Positions 39,634 to 53,659 of a stretch of 64,000 bases of DNA are shown here, piece after piece (position 1 is the first letter of the stretch; each line of letters starts with the position of its first letter). The notes under the pieces are model-generated. The model saw nothing but the letters and a program-made list of their open reading frames with translations, was not told the DNA's origin and did no database searches. The stretch is from Octopus bimaculoides. Its lineage: Eukaryota. Location: NCBI RefSeq assembly GCF_001194135.2, contig NC_068999.1:7691193-7755192 (forward strand). Reading direction: 5' to 3'. Made by a program: the position numbers and the translations under genes.

Positions 39634-40729
39634 GACTAGTTTAAACTGGTCGTGTGCATACGGGCATATATATGTATGCATACGTTCGTATATGTAAGTA
39701 TTCGTATGTTGTATATATATATATATATATATATATTTCTATTTATGTGCTATCTGAGTATATTACACTGATGAAGGCAAGGCATTTCGTATGCAGAGCC
39801 AGAAATCCGGGATCTGCACTTATCTAGTAATATATATATATATATATATATATNNNNNNNNNNATATATATATATATATATATATATATAGATATATATA
39901 TACAGAGAGACAGAGAGAGAGTGAGTGAGAGGGAGAGAGAGGAAAGAGAGATTGAAAGAGAGAGGGAGAGACGTTACGAAGTCTGCTAGTGTTCGGTGTC
40001 TTGGCGAAATAACTTCAACGGGTAACTCATAGAATACTATGAATGATATCGTCTGGACGAAGAAACGAGTTGTTCTGACCTCCTACTCGAAGCGGCTCAA
40101 AAACCTTTATCTAACCACGGATGTCTAGCATAATTTAAGACTAAGACTAAATGCATATCTATATGGGTTACTATAAATATTTGTTCAAAAGAAATAATAC
40201 TTTATGCAGATTAAGCAGATTATATTATTTAATCGATCAGAAGTTTGCGCGCCCGAGCAAAAATATCTCGGTTGGCCTTGTATATAACACTTATCTCCGT
40301 TGATTTAGATCGTATGATCGATGCCATGGTCTGCAGCCCATGCATATGAAAGCCAATCATTTGATCAATATGGTAAGTGACTTTGCCGCCAATTGGATTA
40401 AATTATTCAAATACCACTTTATCATAGTAAGAGAGATAACGATCAGTTTCATGCGATTTCGGCGAACATAGAATACTTTGAAATATATATATATATATAT
40501 ATATATTCTCTAGCCGTAAGGGAATATAGTAGCTTGTAATGGTTTTGTGAACGATATATTAAAGTTGCGAATTATATATTATCGTTCTTTCACTTAGTTT
40601 AAATACAGTAATTTTGCGAACACATAGTGATTTGTAATAAGAGCAAGAATATACTTTACATTATGAAGGATATACATTATATTATATTCAATGTAATTTT
40701 TCATTCATTATGTCTATATATACCTCATT

Positions 40730-41852
40730 TACTGTCCTTCAAGCTTTTATAACTAAATTCAATTTTCTCCCAGTGGGATTGAGTGCTAATTATTATGTGA
40801 GAAATCACTAAAATCCTGTTCCGAATATTCTTCCTTAGAAACTGATTTTCTAAATTATTCACCGAATTTGAATAATACATGATGGTAAAACTTTTTATAG
40901 TCTCTTCCTCCATTCCGCTATAATTCTGTATCTATGCACATAAATTCTGCTTATTTCTAGATTAGGCACTGAAATAAAGTCAGTTTTATGAAGAAAGCTT
41001 ACCTTACTTCCTTACTTATTTTAGCATGAAACTAGGTGATAAGACAAAGCCTGGGCCCCCTATATAGTGTGCAAAACGTATGTTGAAACGCTGAAACAGT
41101 GGCTGCTTCAAATGCTTAAGCAGAAAGTTACCAGTTTTGGCCTGTGAGAAAATTTAGGTTGGTGTGTTTGATGGGCCACATAATTGGTGGAGCTATTTTT
41201 GGAGACCATGTCTGGCGTTGAAAAAGAATCACGGGACGCTTTTGCTGCAGTTGTATCTGATTTCCTGGGAAACAGGAAGTCATCAAATTATGAAGATCTT
41301 GTCCAGATCCTTTTAAGCAGTTTTCGAACACTGAGCTGCAATATGAGTGTAAATGTGCATTTCCTGCACAGTCATCTGGACTATTTTCTAGAAAATCATA
41401 AGGCAATAAGTGATGGGCAAGAAGAATGATTCAACCAAGACATCGAGAACATGGAAGCTAGGTATCAAGGCCGGTGGAACACCAACGTGATGCTGTCTAC
41501 TGCGGGTCACCGTAAAGAGACTGTCATGATGCAATTTATTCACATGAAGCAGCAAAGAGTATGTTCATTCCTTGAGTAAATGAAACTATTCTAAGATGTG
41601 TAATTAAACATTTGTATAATATATTTGCTAAACAATAAAAAGTATTGTTTGGTTTGTGTTAATTTCTTATTTCAATATTTCATTCAATGAAAAATTGACA
41701 TCTTTGGTAAAAAAATGAATTCCTGTTTAACAAAAAACATGATGTGATAGAAATTTTCTGAGGGCATTTCTGAACCTAGCACCATCAAATTAGAAAGGAT
41801 TAATTGTAAAAAGCAAGACAACTAAAAATTTTTTCAAAACTATTACCCAGTG
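40730..41852 (+). mobile_element. Internally deleted Chapaev3-like transposon
   Basis: N-terminal YFSMKLGD/DKAWAPYIVCKTYVETLKQW joined to C-terminal FLGNRKSSNYEDLV...CNMSVNVHFLHSHLDYFLEN...*FNQDIENMEARYQGRW; 3' end CAGTG|tta at 41852; 5' boundary approximate. Confidence 0.75.
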
Positions 41853-42724
41853 TTATTGACGTAATGATTCTCCCGAAATACAACAAAGAAATTTAAAATC
41901 GAATTTGAGTTAAATTCCGCTGTTATTGCTAAGTTATTTTGAGACCACGTAATAGTATTCACATTGATTTGAACTCCAATCGTATATAATACTAACATAT
42001 GTAGCAAAGAAAAATCTTTTAAAACACACACATATACACACAAGCAAACTTTCAGAAACTCTTGCTCAATTACACTGTATCCAATTAAATTCGATTCCGG
42101 CTCTGTAAACTTTTATATAAAGCTATCTAAATTGATCAATAACAATCAATAATTAAATCAGATCATTAACGATCGCCGTAAATTTATATTTCTAGTGATA
42201 TGTATCCTTGGAGATTATTGTATTAGACAGCATATATTCATATTTATTTGCTTTACAATTTAAAGTCCAACTACCAATAATTACATAAATGTCGATAAGG
42301 GAATGTTAAAATTATCAACGTATATATGTAACTTTTAGACCGGCGACGATGTCATTGTGCTTCTTTAGAGACGCTTGACTTTNNNNNNNNNNAAAGGCTG
42401 AGAATATTTTACTGTCGATGCCTCACAGTGATAATAATATCGTTCCCCGGGGAAATTAACAGCCGTTCGCATACATATGGTATATTTCTCTCGAGCATAC
42501 ACACATACACAGACGGACAGACACACAGACGCAAACATGCACACACACAAATACAGACACACGCATACCTACACACACACACACACACACGCATATATGC
42601 ATGTATGTATGTGTGTGTGTATTTATATGTATATATGTAGACATTTTCTTCATATCCACATTCTTTGAGATGAAGTAATTATCTTTCTTTTCCAACTATT
42701 CACGTATCTATGAAGTTATTAATT

Positions 42725-42985
42725 AGAAGATAAACAGGATCTTTTCAATCTCAATCACAAATTGTTTAATTAATTTTCTTAACTAAACAGTTTGAAACTT
42801 CGGATACCGGTTGAATGTGTCACGTAGAACAGGGTTTGCTCTTAACACTTTCGAGAAAAGTTTGTAGTTTAGAAGTTATTTCGTGTTAAAGTTGTCGTAT
42901 TTGGGTAATTTTAACCAATTAATGACGTGTATTCAGCTGAAAACGTTACTGATGTTTGCGAAAGTAATGGAAGAACAACAACATC
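42725..42985. mobile_element. Probable MITE or DNA transposon non-coding fragment
   Basis: aacaggatcttttcaatctc...cagtttgaaactt...ttagaagttatttcg; recalled as a common repeat, not verifiable here. Confidence 0.3.
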
Positions 42986-43299
42986 TTGGTCGTCGGGTCA
43001 TCTGTTTTTGACGCTGCATACATATATGTACGTAAATACACAGAGACACGTGTTTGTATATGTGTGTATGTGTGCGTGTTTTTGTCTGTCTATCTGTCCG
43101 TCTGTGTATGTGTGTGTACTCGAGATAAATACACCACATGTGTGCGATATGGATCTTTTAAAATTAATTTAAAATTCTGTGACTGAGATTGAAAAAATCC
43201 GATAAACACTATTATAAGAATTTACGGTTATGTGCATTACACAACCTCTGCAACAACAACATTAAGAAAATTAATTTTTTTTTCATCTACGAGCACAAG

Positions 43300-43500
43300 G
43301 CCTGAAATTCTATGAGAGGTGGAGCTAGTCGATTATATCGATCCCATTGTACAACTGATAATATTTTATCAATCATGAAACGAGGAAAGACAACATGGAC
43401 ATTGGCAGAATCTGAGTTTAGAATGTAAAGAGCCGGAATAAATAACGCCGGAACGCATTTTGTCCGGCGTGCTAACAATTCTGCAAGCACGCCAGCTTAA
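43300..43500 (-). mobile_element. SINE family B
   Basis: gcacaaggcctgaaattc...tcgattatatcgatccc...ttttgtccggcgtgctaacaattctgc. Confidence 0.8.
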
Positions 43501-43562
43501 CAATAATAATACCAACAACAATATGATAATAGCAATATTGTTAATCATTAACTACTAGCTGT

Positions 43563-43870
43563 GTTGCAATGTCAGAAGCCTTCGAACGGGGTTCGTTTTC
43601 CACAATTATCTTCAAACGGCGAAGCTTCCTTTCCGAGGGCCCAGGTCGGCCGAGACGAGAATCTGTTGATTCTTTCCTTGACTTTTGAATTGCACTATAA
43701 TTCTATTAACAGTAGCAAGAGGAATTTGAAGCTTTTCGGCAATTTTTCGCTGGCTAAGAACAGCTTCAGATTGCCCAACAATATGACCTCTTTGAAAATC
43801 TAACAGTTCTGCTGAAATGTTTGTGCGTAGTATGGATACTCTTCGCAAATGTTTAATATATTAGCACCTG
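43563..43870 (-). mobile_element. Tc1-like transposase N-terminal relic
   Basis: ELLDFQRGHIVGQSEAVLSQRKIAEKLQIPLATVNRIIVQF (paired-like HTH), then frameshift to SRLGRPGPSERKLRRLKIIVENEPRSKASDIA. Confidence 0.8.
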
Positions 43871-43969
43871 GAAGGAAAAAGAATAACCATATTGTAAATT
43901 CTACCGCTGAAAACATATTAAGACGCTTAGAGCAGAAATTTTGAAAATTAAATTTCTCTATTTCCTGAA

Positions 43970-44700
<731 letters not shown>

Positions 44701-45094
44701 TTACAGTTGGTTTGACAAACCATTAGAGAGTCGGATAACATGGTTCATGCTTCGCTCTATTTCTTCCGCTCCTGTAAGTTCTGAATGGAAATCCTGCCGA
44801 GTTTCAACTTTCACCCTTTCATCGGTTCCAGATCAAGAGAAAAAAAAATGTATACGACCTCATCTGTTTATCCTTTACCCCGAATCTATTGATCTCTCGA
44901 CCAAATTAGAAATGATTATTCACAAGATTTGCACTTTTATGGCTGTTTTCATTCCATCATCTATCTGTGGTTCCGTCTGGCTTTTACATGAACAGCATTC
45001 TGATTTGGCTTCGTATTAATAATTGCATTGAAAAGTATTTCTAGTGTAGTCGCTAACTGTTCAGCAATCGCAAATCCTATGGTTTCGGCTATCT

Positions 45095-45400
45095 CTTTTA
45101 TTCTTTTACTTGTTTAAAGTCGCTCAACTGCGGCCATACTGGAGCACTGCCTACGAAGGGTTTGTTTTCAGTCGAACAAATCGGCACCAGGGATTATTTT
45201 GTTCATCCTAGTACTTATTCTATAGGTCTCTTTCCTCGAACCATTATATTACGGGAACGTAAACAAGTGGTGACGGGGGAGCGAACACAGACACAAGGCA
45301 ATGCATACACGCACACATACACACACACTCACACACACAGATGCGGGCACAGGAGTGACTGTGTTGTAAATAGCTTTCTTCGCAACCACATGATTCTGAG
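45095..45400. mobile_element. SINE family A pieces: minus-strand 3' half (45095-45290), then plus-strand head (45342-45400)
   Basis: ttttattcttttacttgttt...ctgcggccatactggagcac; gggcacaggagtgactgtgttg. Confidence 0.7.
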
Positions 45401-46132
45401 ATTCTGAGAACGTGTATGTTTATATGTAGTAGAAAGTGTGTGTATCTGTAGTCAGTATGTAAATATGTGTTTTTCTATGAGTTGGTATATGTATATGCTT
45501 GTGGGGGAGATTACGTGCACGCGTGAGAGATAATACGTTTTACGTGAAAATGTGCAAGTGAATGGATAAGAGGATTAGTAAATGAGAGAGTATATTCGAT
45601 AGTGAAAGGATGTTTGTATGTTCGCATGTTTGTATCTTTGTGCACGAATATGTTAATCTGCCGTTTTTACGCATTAATATTCGTGTGTTTAGATATATTT
45701 GTACGTGTACAGGGATATATTTTCAAGTGAATACATATAAGTTTCTGCGTACATAGATATACATGCACAGCTAGTAGCAGAATATCGTGACTGTCAAAGT
45801 CCAGAGAAGATGATTTGAAGAAGCAACAGCTTGTAAATTGATCGTAGGTTAAGTAAAAATGTATATCAGAATTTAATTGAAATTCATTGGCATTATATAA
45901 ATTGAAATACGTTTTATAAAACCCTCCATTATAAGATGGAGTTTTTACATGTTGTTTTTGAGCTAACCAGAAAATAACTAATGAAGCATTCACGAACCCT
46001 CATAAGCATTTTCATATTTCACAAGTGAAATCGTTTTTACTAATTCCGTTCTTTAATCCATCTTGCTGGTGGTGAATAACTCCAACAGGGTAGGAGATAT
46101 ATTAAATAATGTCAATATTTTCTTATCCCTCT

Positions 46133-46355
46133 GAGGCGGTGAACTAGCAGAATCGTTGGCACGTCGGGCGAAATACTCATCGACATTTTGTCCCATTTCA
46201 TCCGACTTCACGTTCAGAATTCAATTTCAGTTGTGGCCTATTTGGGTTTTCATCCTTTCGGGGTCGATAAGATTAGTACTAGTTGAGCACTGGTGCCGAT
46301 GCAATTGACTTACCCCTTCTCTGAAATCGCTGGCCTTGTGCCACAATTTGAAATC
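46133..46355 (+). mobile_element. SINE family B
   Basis: gaggcggtgaactagcagaatcgttggcacgtcgggcgaaat...ggccttgtgccacaatttgaaatc. Confidence 0.8.
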
Positions 46356-47232
46356 AAGAGATAAATAAATACAAATGTACTTTATTATATTGAGTACACG
46401 GGTGCTTGCTGCAATCAGCATATGACACTTTCCAGTTTGGGAATTTCCCTTGTCATAAAAACAATCGCTTGAAGTTTATATCCGTTTCAAAATATATGTT
46501 ACACTTTCAATCACCACCTTCGCACAAAAGTTCAGTGTTTTCTTTATATTCTTAATATTTTATCCTTGCTATTTATTTATTTTATTTATTTATTCATTTC
46601 AAAATCATTAATTCATGAGAATATATTTTTAGCTTCGTTTAATGAAACAACGCCGAAGACACTTAATCAAAATAACCTTTGACAAGTGTTCTGCCCGAGT
46701 TGAGAAGAAAATGCTGAAGTCAAACTAATTACTCTAGTGCCATAATTTAACTTACAGTGATTAACAAGTTACCGTCTTGTTTATGTAGTATTGGTGTTTG
46801 ACATTTGCTTTATTACAGTAATTTTCTCACATTCTCTCAGAAAATAATGAATAATTAATTTTTGTTTTGTTTTGGACTAATTTAGAAATAAAATTCTTAT
46901 TGAAAGTTTTTTATGAAATCCTTATTTGTTTAAAATAAATAAATGAACAAAACAAAAACAGCGAAATTTTATCGCAATTTCTTCATTAAATAAATATCAA
47001 ATTGGGAAGTTATTGGATAAATTAATATTTTATTTCTGCTACTCATGCAGAATTGATTGATAAAGATTTCTTATTTTGTCTGGTATTTTGATATCGTCTG
47101 CATTCATATCACAGCGGTAAAAAATAAAGAAGTTGTCAGCCATTTTAGTTTTATGTACAGTTTATGTACAGTTTAATTAACAGAATGCGGCACAAAGAAG
47201 AAAACAAACATTTGCAGAAAACACATTCATAG

Positions 47233-47350
47233 CAGCGGTTCCCAAAGTGGGCGCTACTAATCCCTGAAGGTAATGGCAAGATCCAGAGGTGTGAGAGTGT
47301 TGAAGAAAAGTGGGAGCAATAATGGGGTGGCCAAAAGGGGGCGATAGATG
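47233..47350 (+). mobile_element. hAT/Charlie-like terminus fragment
   Basis: cagcggttcccaaagtggg resembles the hAT-Charlie TIR consensus; partner end not found. Confidence 0.4.
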
Positions 47351-47430
47351 TAAAAATAACAAAATAATGGGTTAATTAGGTTGAGTTTTATTTGTGATAT
47401 ACAGTTGTGTTTGAATATGATGCAGAAAGT

Positions 47431-47489
<59 letters not shown>

Positions 47490-47569
47490 GATATATTAAT
47501 AGACAGATTTACAAGTAGACAAATAAATAGATAGATAGACAGACTACAAACAGACAGGCAAATAAATAG

Positions 47570-47613
47570 ATAGATAGATAAATAGACAGATAGATAAATA
47601 GATAGACAAATAA

Positions 47614-47670
<57 letters not shown>

Positions 47671-47675
47671 CAGAC
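47570..47675. repeat. (GATA)n tetranucleotide array
   Basis: Seen directly; similar arrays at 22686-22762, 57044-57125 and 57440-57505. Confidence 0.95.
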
Positions 47676-48220
47676 AGATTTAGGTATATAATTACGTAGG
47701 TAGGTATGTCTGTGTGTATTTCAAATATTTCATATATGAAACTAATATAGACATATGTATATCATCTTTGAATATCTATTGCTCTTCATAATCGCACTGA
47801 AATGCTTAATCACGTCATTATTTATATTTTTCACTCCTAATCTTCATCCTCGGTGTACTCACTCCAGCAGTACACATACTGGAATTCGATCCTCATCATC
47901 ATTATTCAAGTCACTCAACCACGGTTTAGAACATGAATCATCTCATATCAAATTCATGTTAATATTTCCAATTGATAAGTTGATTAGTTTAAATTACAGC
48001 CACACTTCTATCATTAGACGAGAAAGCAATGTATTCGCTTACAGTACTTTCGTCAATTTAATACTCAAAACTCTTCCAAGCTTGATTAATTAATTTAAAC
48101 CCCACGTTTATAGAAATCCATATTTTTAGTCTGAAAATCTTAAGTGGAATGTAAAAAAATTCTATTTTCAGAAAAAGTGTTACTGAAACTGCTATTTCAA
48201 ATGTAATGTATTAAGACCTA

Positions 48221-48549
48221 GTGGAAGCGCAATGACCCAGTGGTTAGGGCAGCGGACCCGCGGTCGTATCATCGCAGTTTCGATTCCCAGAACAGGCGTT
48301 GAGAGTGTTTATTAAGCGAAAATACCTAAAGCTCTACGAGGCTCCAGCAGGGGGTGTTGGTGAACCCTCCTGTACTCTTTCACTCTGTATTTCAAAGGGC
48401 CAGCCTTGTCACACTTTGTGTCACGTTGAATCTTCCTGAGAACTACATTCAAGGTAAACATGTCTATGGAGTTCTCAGCCACTTGCACGTTAATGTTCCG
48501 TTGATCGGATCAATTGGAACCCTTGTCATCGCAAGCGACAGAGTGACAG
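48221..48549 (+). mobile_element. tRNA-derived SINE family D with a conserved central domain (Nin/Deu-like, tentative)
   Basis: tRNA-like head gacccagtggttagggcagcggac...gtttcgattcccag; body aagggccagccttgtcacac...ctcagccacttgcacgttaat. Confidence 0.7.
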
Positions 48550-48837
48550 GTGTTAAGACTTAAATTTCAGGTAAAACATCTTACTTGCTATGATTACACA
48601 AACGAGTACATGCTTCATTCTAATCGGCCAATTTTGACGAAAAGCCATTTCGTGTTTTGGGTGCATGATTAAGATTTTTTTATAGTTTCAACCCGCCCCC
48701 CCATCTTCTTCGCTACGTTCATATTGGTGAACACTAACTTTCTTAGGGCTGCCCACATGACTTTAGGGGGCTGAAATTTGACCTCGGTTTTACTTCTCCT
48801 AGACCAACATAAACGGCCGTTAAGTATATTTTATCGG

Positions 48838-49010
48838 CAAGGCAGCGAGCTGGCAGAATCTTTGAACCTTGGGAAAATGCTTAGCGGTATTTCGTCCGAC
48901 TTTGTGTTCTGAGTTCAAATTCCGCTAAGGTAGACTTTGCTTTTCATCTTCTTAGGGTCGATAAAAGAAGTACCATTTGAGCAAAGAGGTCGATGTAACA
49001 ACGTAATCGA
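48838..49010 (+). mobile_element. SINE family B
   Basis: aaggcagcgagctggcagaatc...gagttcaaattccgctaaggtagactttgc. Confidence 0.85.
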
Positions 49011-49926
49011 TTTACCCACTCTCTTTCGAGGAATCTCTCTTTTCCAGAATTTAAACTCAGTACTGCAAGCCGGACAAAATGCTTAGCAGCATTTTGTCCT
49101 TTGTGCCGAACAATTTCGCGATAATTCTTTTGCTAAGAANNNNNNNNNNTTGCTAAGAAACGTAAATAAATAAATAAATAAATAAATAAATGAACATATT
49201 TTGTTGTGTCTGGGGTGAGTCATACTGCCTTAATAATAAATATCCATAAATCTCTTGGAAGTTAATTTGTGATATTCTTAATTTTGATGGGTTATTTTCA
49301 GAAGCTTAAGGTTTGCCTAATTATCAACGTTGCTATTTGGAATTCCTTTTACTGTCTACAATTCTTCGATAGAACGGACCGGAATGGTACCTAGTAGTGA
49401 TAAGTCAATATTTGTGATAAAAAGCAAACCTGGTTATCTGACTGTTTGACTATTCATAATATTACATTTCCCGTCTTTGCGAATTTTTGCAAAATATGAC
49501 GTCAAGCCGAGTTCGTATTTTTAAATGTACTAGATTTCGCGGTTCAGTGATCACAGTGGATTCCATTTTTGCGAAAGTTATCGTTCCACCCTGTGCTATT
49601 AATCACTCCTGTAAACACTGCTGGAATTTTCCGTGATGTGTTAACGAAAAAGGCCGGCGGCAACGTCAGTTGCGTAGCGTGTCTGTATTAGTTAGCGGAG
49701 TGGTGTGTTAAGCTATTCAGTGATACGTTTAAGTGTATTTCAACCACCAAACAGGCAGGTCCGTGCACTTATATGCACGAACGAACGTATACATGCACAC
49801 TCACACGGGCGCGCACGCACACGCACGCACATACACACAAACACACACACATTCTCACACACGCACACTCACATACTTATACATATATATATATATAAGC
49901 ATATATGTACGTGCTGGTATATCTAA

Positions 49927-49958
<32 letters not shown>

Positions 49959-49967
49959 CTCTGTCTG

Positions 49968-49998
<31 letters not shown>

Positions 49999-50060
49999 CT
50001 TAGATATAGGGAGAAACAGAGAAATTACATATACATCTGTTTATCCATATATGTATGTGC

Positions 50061-50094
<34 letters not shown>

Positions 50095-50253
50095 GTGACA
50101 GTAGGGTAAAATGGCACTGGGGTATGATATACGAAGCCCACTATACTCAACATGACTACTCGTCTGATAAGGGTATACCAGGCACCTAGCTTACTGGTAA
50201 AGCACGGTCACTTTCGTAGTGATCGTTATGTATATGGCAAATGGAAGACAGAG

Positions 50254-50702
50254 GATGGAATGTACGAGAATTTATTATTAATCACGACAATTGTTTCGAC
50301 ACATCTAGCATAGATTCCTCAACAACTGGTTCAGGAGCATCCGGCGGTGGAGATGCATCTCATCGGGTGATGAATAATTACAACTCGTTAAAATAACTGT
50401 TTCGCAATGTAACTTCCCATTTTGTAGAAAGAAGAGCAGCCAGACGAATGAAATATCTTCATTTATATAGAATATCAAAAATAAAATCACATATAGCAAA
50501 AAGAGAAATGAACACACAAAACAGAAAGTTGCATTGTGGAACAGCTATTTTAATGAGTTGTACTTATTTATCACCCGATGAGATACATATCCACCGCCGG
50601 ATGCTCCTGAACCAGTAGTTGAGTGTCTTATCCATGAGAAATCGATGCTAGATGTGTCGAAACGATTGTGGTGATTAATAATAAATTCTCGTATATTCCA
50701 TC
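50254..50702. mobile_element. Inverted pair of Penelope-like pseudo-LTRs, each with a hammerhead motif
   Basis: Arms 50254-50415 and 50526-50702 are highly similar reverse complements apart from an indel; each carries CCGAUGA...GAAA. Confidence 0.75.
50272..50380 (-). ncRNA. Minimal type I hammerhead motif (U4C variant, GUC site)
   Basis: aucac CCGAUGA gaugcaucu...agauguguc GAAA C-AAUU-G UC^ gugau. Confidence 0.6.
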
Positions 50703-51215
50703 TGGCGGTTTGGCAAAAGACACGGTTAAAATAAGTGTCAATCTTAAACAAATTAAGTACTAAGTTTAATTCGTTTGACTAAACTCGTGAAGACTGTACC
50801 CCAGCATGGCTGCAATCTAGTGAACGAAGGAAATTTAGTGTGCAAAATACCAGCAACCACTTTTTCGATCTGTGAAGTTGAGGGCGGGTCGACACATTGT
50901 GTACGTATTTAATCCCCGACAAAAAAAGTTTCTTTTACGTCAGGTCTCACCACTTTCTGTTTCAAGTATCAATGTTTAATGTTTCTGAATTTCGTTATTA
51001 ATATTCTTCTCTATTCGAGATATATTTCAAATTAAATAAAGAAATGTAAATGCTTTTATTGATACATTCAGATCGATAAATTTCATATGATTATCTGTAA
51101 ATTAAAGTAGCTGATTATATTTGCCTTTGGGAGGAAGCAAAGCTCTGTCTCTCAAGGAAATGTTGTTTGTCACTAAATAATATATATATATTCAGGCAAA
51201 TCTTATTGTTTACAC

Positions 51216-51258
<43 letters not shown>

Positions 51259-51271
51259 NNNNNNNNNNACG

Positions 51272-51310
<39 letters not shown>

Positions 51311-51601
51311 CCACACACACATACACGCATGTACATATATATATATATTCATATATGCATATATACTTATATATACATACACATATATTTATATATATAT
51401 ATATACATACATATATAATCATATACACAAATACACGCACACATATATACATATACACACGCATATATATATATACATATACATATACATGCATATATAT
51501 ACATATACATGCATATATATACATATTCATATATATATATACATATATATATAGAGAAGTAACATTGCATATATACATATATTTTTATATATATATATTT
51601 T

Positions 51602-51633
<32 letters not shown>

Positions 51634-51674
51634 CATACATATATATATATATATACATACACACACACACACAC

Positions 51675-51716
<42 letters not shown>

Positions 51717-52119
51717 GCTCCAATATGAACCAAATATTTATATAAAGAGCAGTTTTAAATAGACTTTCTAAAGGAAGATAAACATTGTTTCTTATTTCTT
51801 TTTGTATTTGTTGTTTATATATATTTTCCATCAATTTCGTTAATGATATTAAAATAAAAATAATACATTCAGCTATCAGTAACCACACCATGCTGTTTAA
51901 TATTCTTTTTTGTAACTCACAGACACATTTACGTGTGTGTATATACATTATATATATGCATAGCGTGTTCGAAGGTGTGTTTTGAAGGAGGCAGCCAACA
52001 TTTTCGGTAATTCTTTATTAGTGATTTCGTTTCTTAACCGAACCATTCAAGACAAAAATACGAACTAAAACTATATATATATGTATAAGCGACCAATATT
52101 GTACGTACGCCATTATATG

Positions 52120-52435
52120 TATAGATAAAAAAAGAAAAAATGGAACTAGAACGTAACAGGCGACAAGAAAACATCCGGACAGTTAGACGATACAAGAAAG
52201 GACCGGATTAAACAAGGACAGGTCATTCGGAGCTTCTTATCTTCAGTCGAGTTCCAGCTTATCTCAGCAGTTTCGGCCGGTTACTCTCGAGAATGCTCCA
52301 ATCTGGCCGGCCCTAAGAAAATCTAAGCTAAGAGCATTAGATTCCTTGGAAGAAAGCAAGGGGATGTATGCGAAAAGAAGGACGAAAAAACAAAACGGAG
52401 AAACGGTGCACAGTTACAAATACAAGCAACAGGAC
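52120..52435. mobile_element. Penelope-like non-autonomous fragment (tentative)
   Basis: cagtttcggccggttactctcgagaatgctccaatctggcc...aagctaagagcattagattccttggaagaaagc; family from recall. Confidence 0.35.
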
Positions 52436-52451
52436 ATGTGTGTGTGTGTGC

Positions 52452-52484
<33 letters not shown>

Positions 52485-53659
52485 CGTTTGTGCTTGTATT
52501 TTTATTTGTCCAGAGATATCGAATGAGTTTCAGACTGACAAACTGAGTCGATTCTTTACGAAGAAACGTTTGATGATATTGCCCCAATATGCTTACAATC
52601 ATCCAGTCACTGAAGCATGTAAAAGAACGCATACACACAAAAAAAATAATCAGATATAACCAGATATATACGCGGAAGAAAACAGAATTAATAGGGAGCG
52701 GGGAACTAAAGATCGGGAGAAGCGAGATAACTACAGAAATTTGCAGGGATTGTAGTACAGAATAAAAGTGATACAGTCTATACCAAAGTAATATACTATA
52801 ATTTTTTTCAACATCCTTAGCTTTCGTTTAGATGACAAAATTGAGTAAAATACAGAAGCCAAGAGAAGCGAATATTTGGAGTATATTATTAATAGAAAAG
52901 AGATAACGTTCTATGTTGAAAAGTTCCTAAGATTCAAGAAAAACATATATTTTCCCAAAGTTGTGTTTGTTTCGTAATTTTAGTCTGAGTATTTATTTTG
53001 CCTTTCAAAAGCGTCTTACGTTAATGTAACAAACATGCTGCGAATACATCGTCTGGAAGAAGGTGTTCTCCGAAGACGGAATACAATAACGATTAAGATT
53101 TTCACATTTAAATCTTCCGAAACGTATTAAGAATAACTATGTACGTCTTCGTTTTGGCTCTTCGCTATTATCCGTACGCATAATAATTTATTATTTATTA
53201 GGTGTTATTCTTCAAATGTTCTATAAACTACTACAGATCTTACACTTTTATTATTTTTCCTGAATAAAATAATGAACTAAGCTAAAGGAATATTGTATGA
53301 CGTCGTTTTACAATAACATTGCATCAATCTTTTTTAATACAATGCTTACATGATTTAAATTTTCATACTTATTTTATGAATAAACAAAATCTTGTATAAA
53401 TAAAGGTTTGGTGAATTGACGTTTTATTTTCATTTGTTTCTTGTCATTTCTTATGATATTTATTTTTTGCTCGTGAATGTTTATTACCAAATACCATTCA
53501 AATACCATTCTGTTGATATTTACGTTGTAATAATTTCATTAACACGAAATTGTGTTTCACTCTTTTGAGATATTTTGAAAATTTTCTGCTGAAGTTTCTT
53601 TTTTCGAAAGATGAAACTTACCGAATCTGCCTATCGTCATTATCAAGATTTCTTAACCA

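Noticed and set aside
48221-48300. tRNA-like sequence, and similar SINE heads elsewhere
   Set aside because: No complete cloverleaf or acceptor stem; they continue into SINE bodies
49130-49160. tgctaagaa repeated on both sides of a 10-N gap
   Set aside because: Contig-overlap artefact
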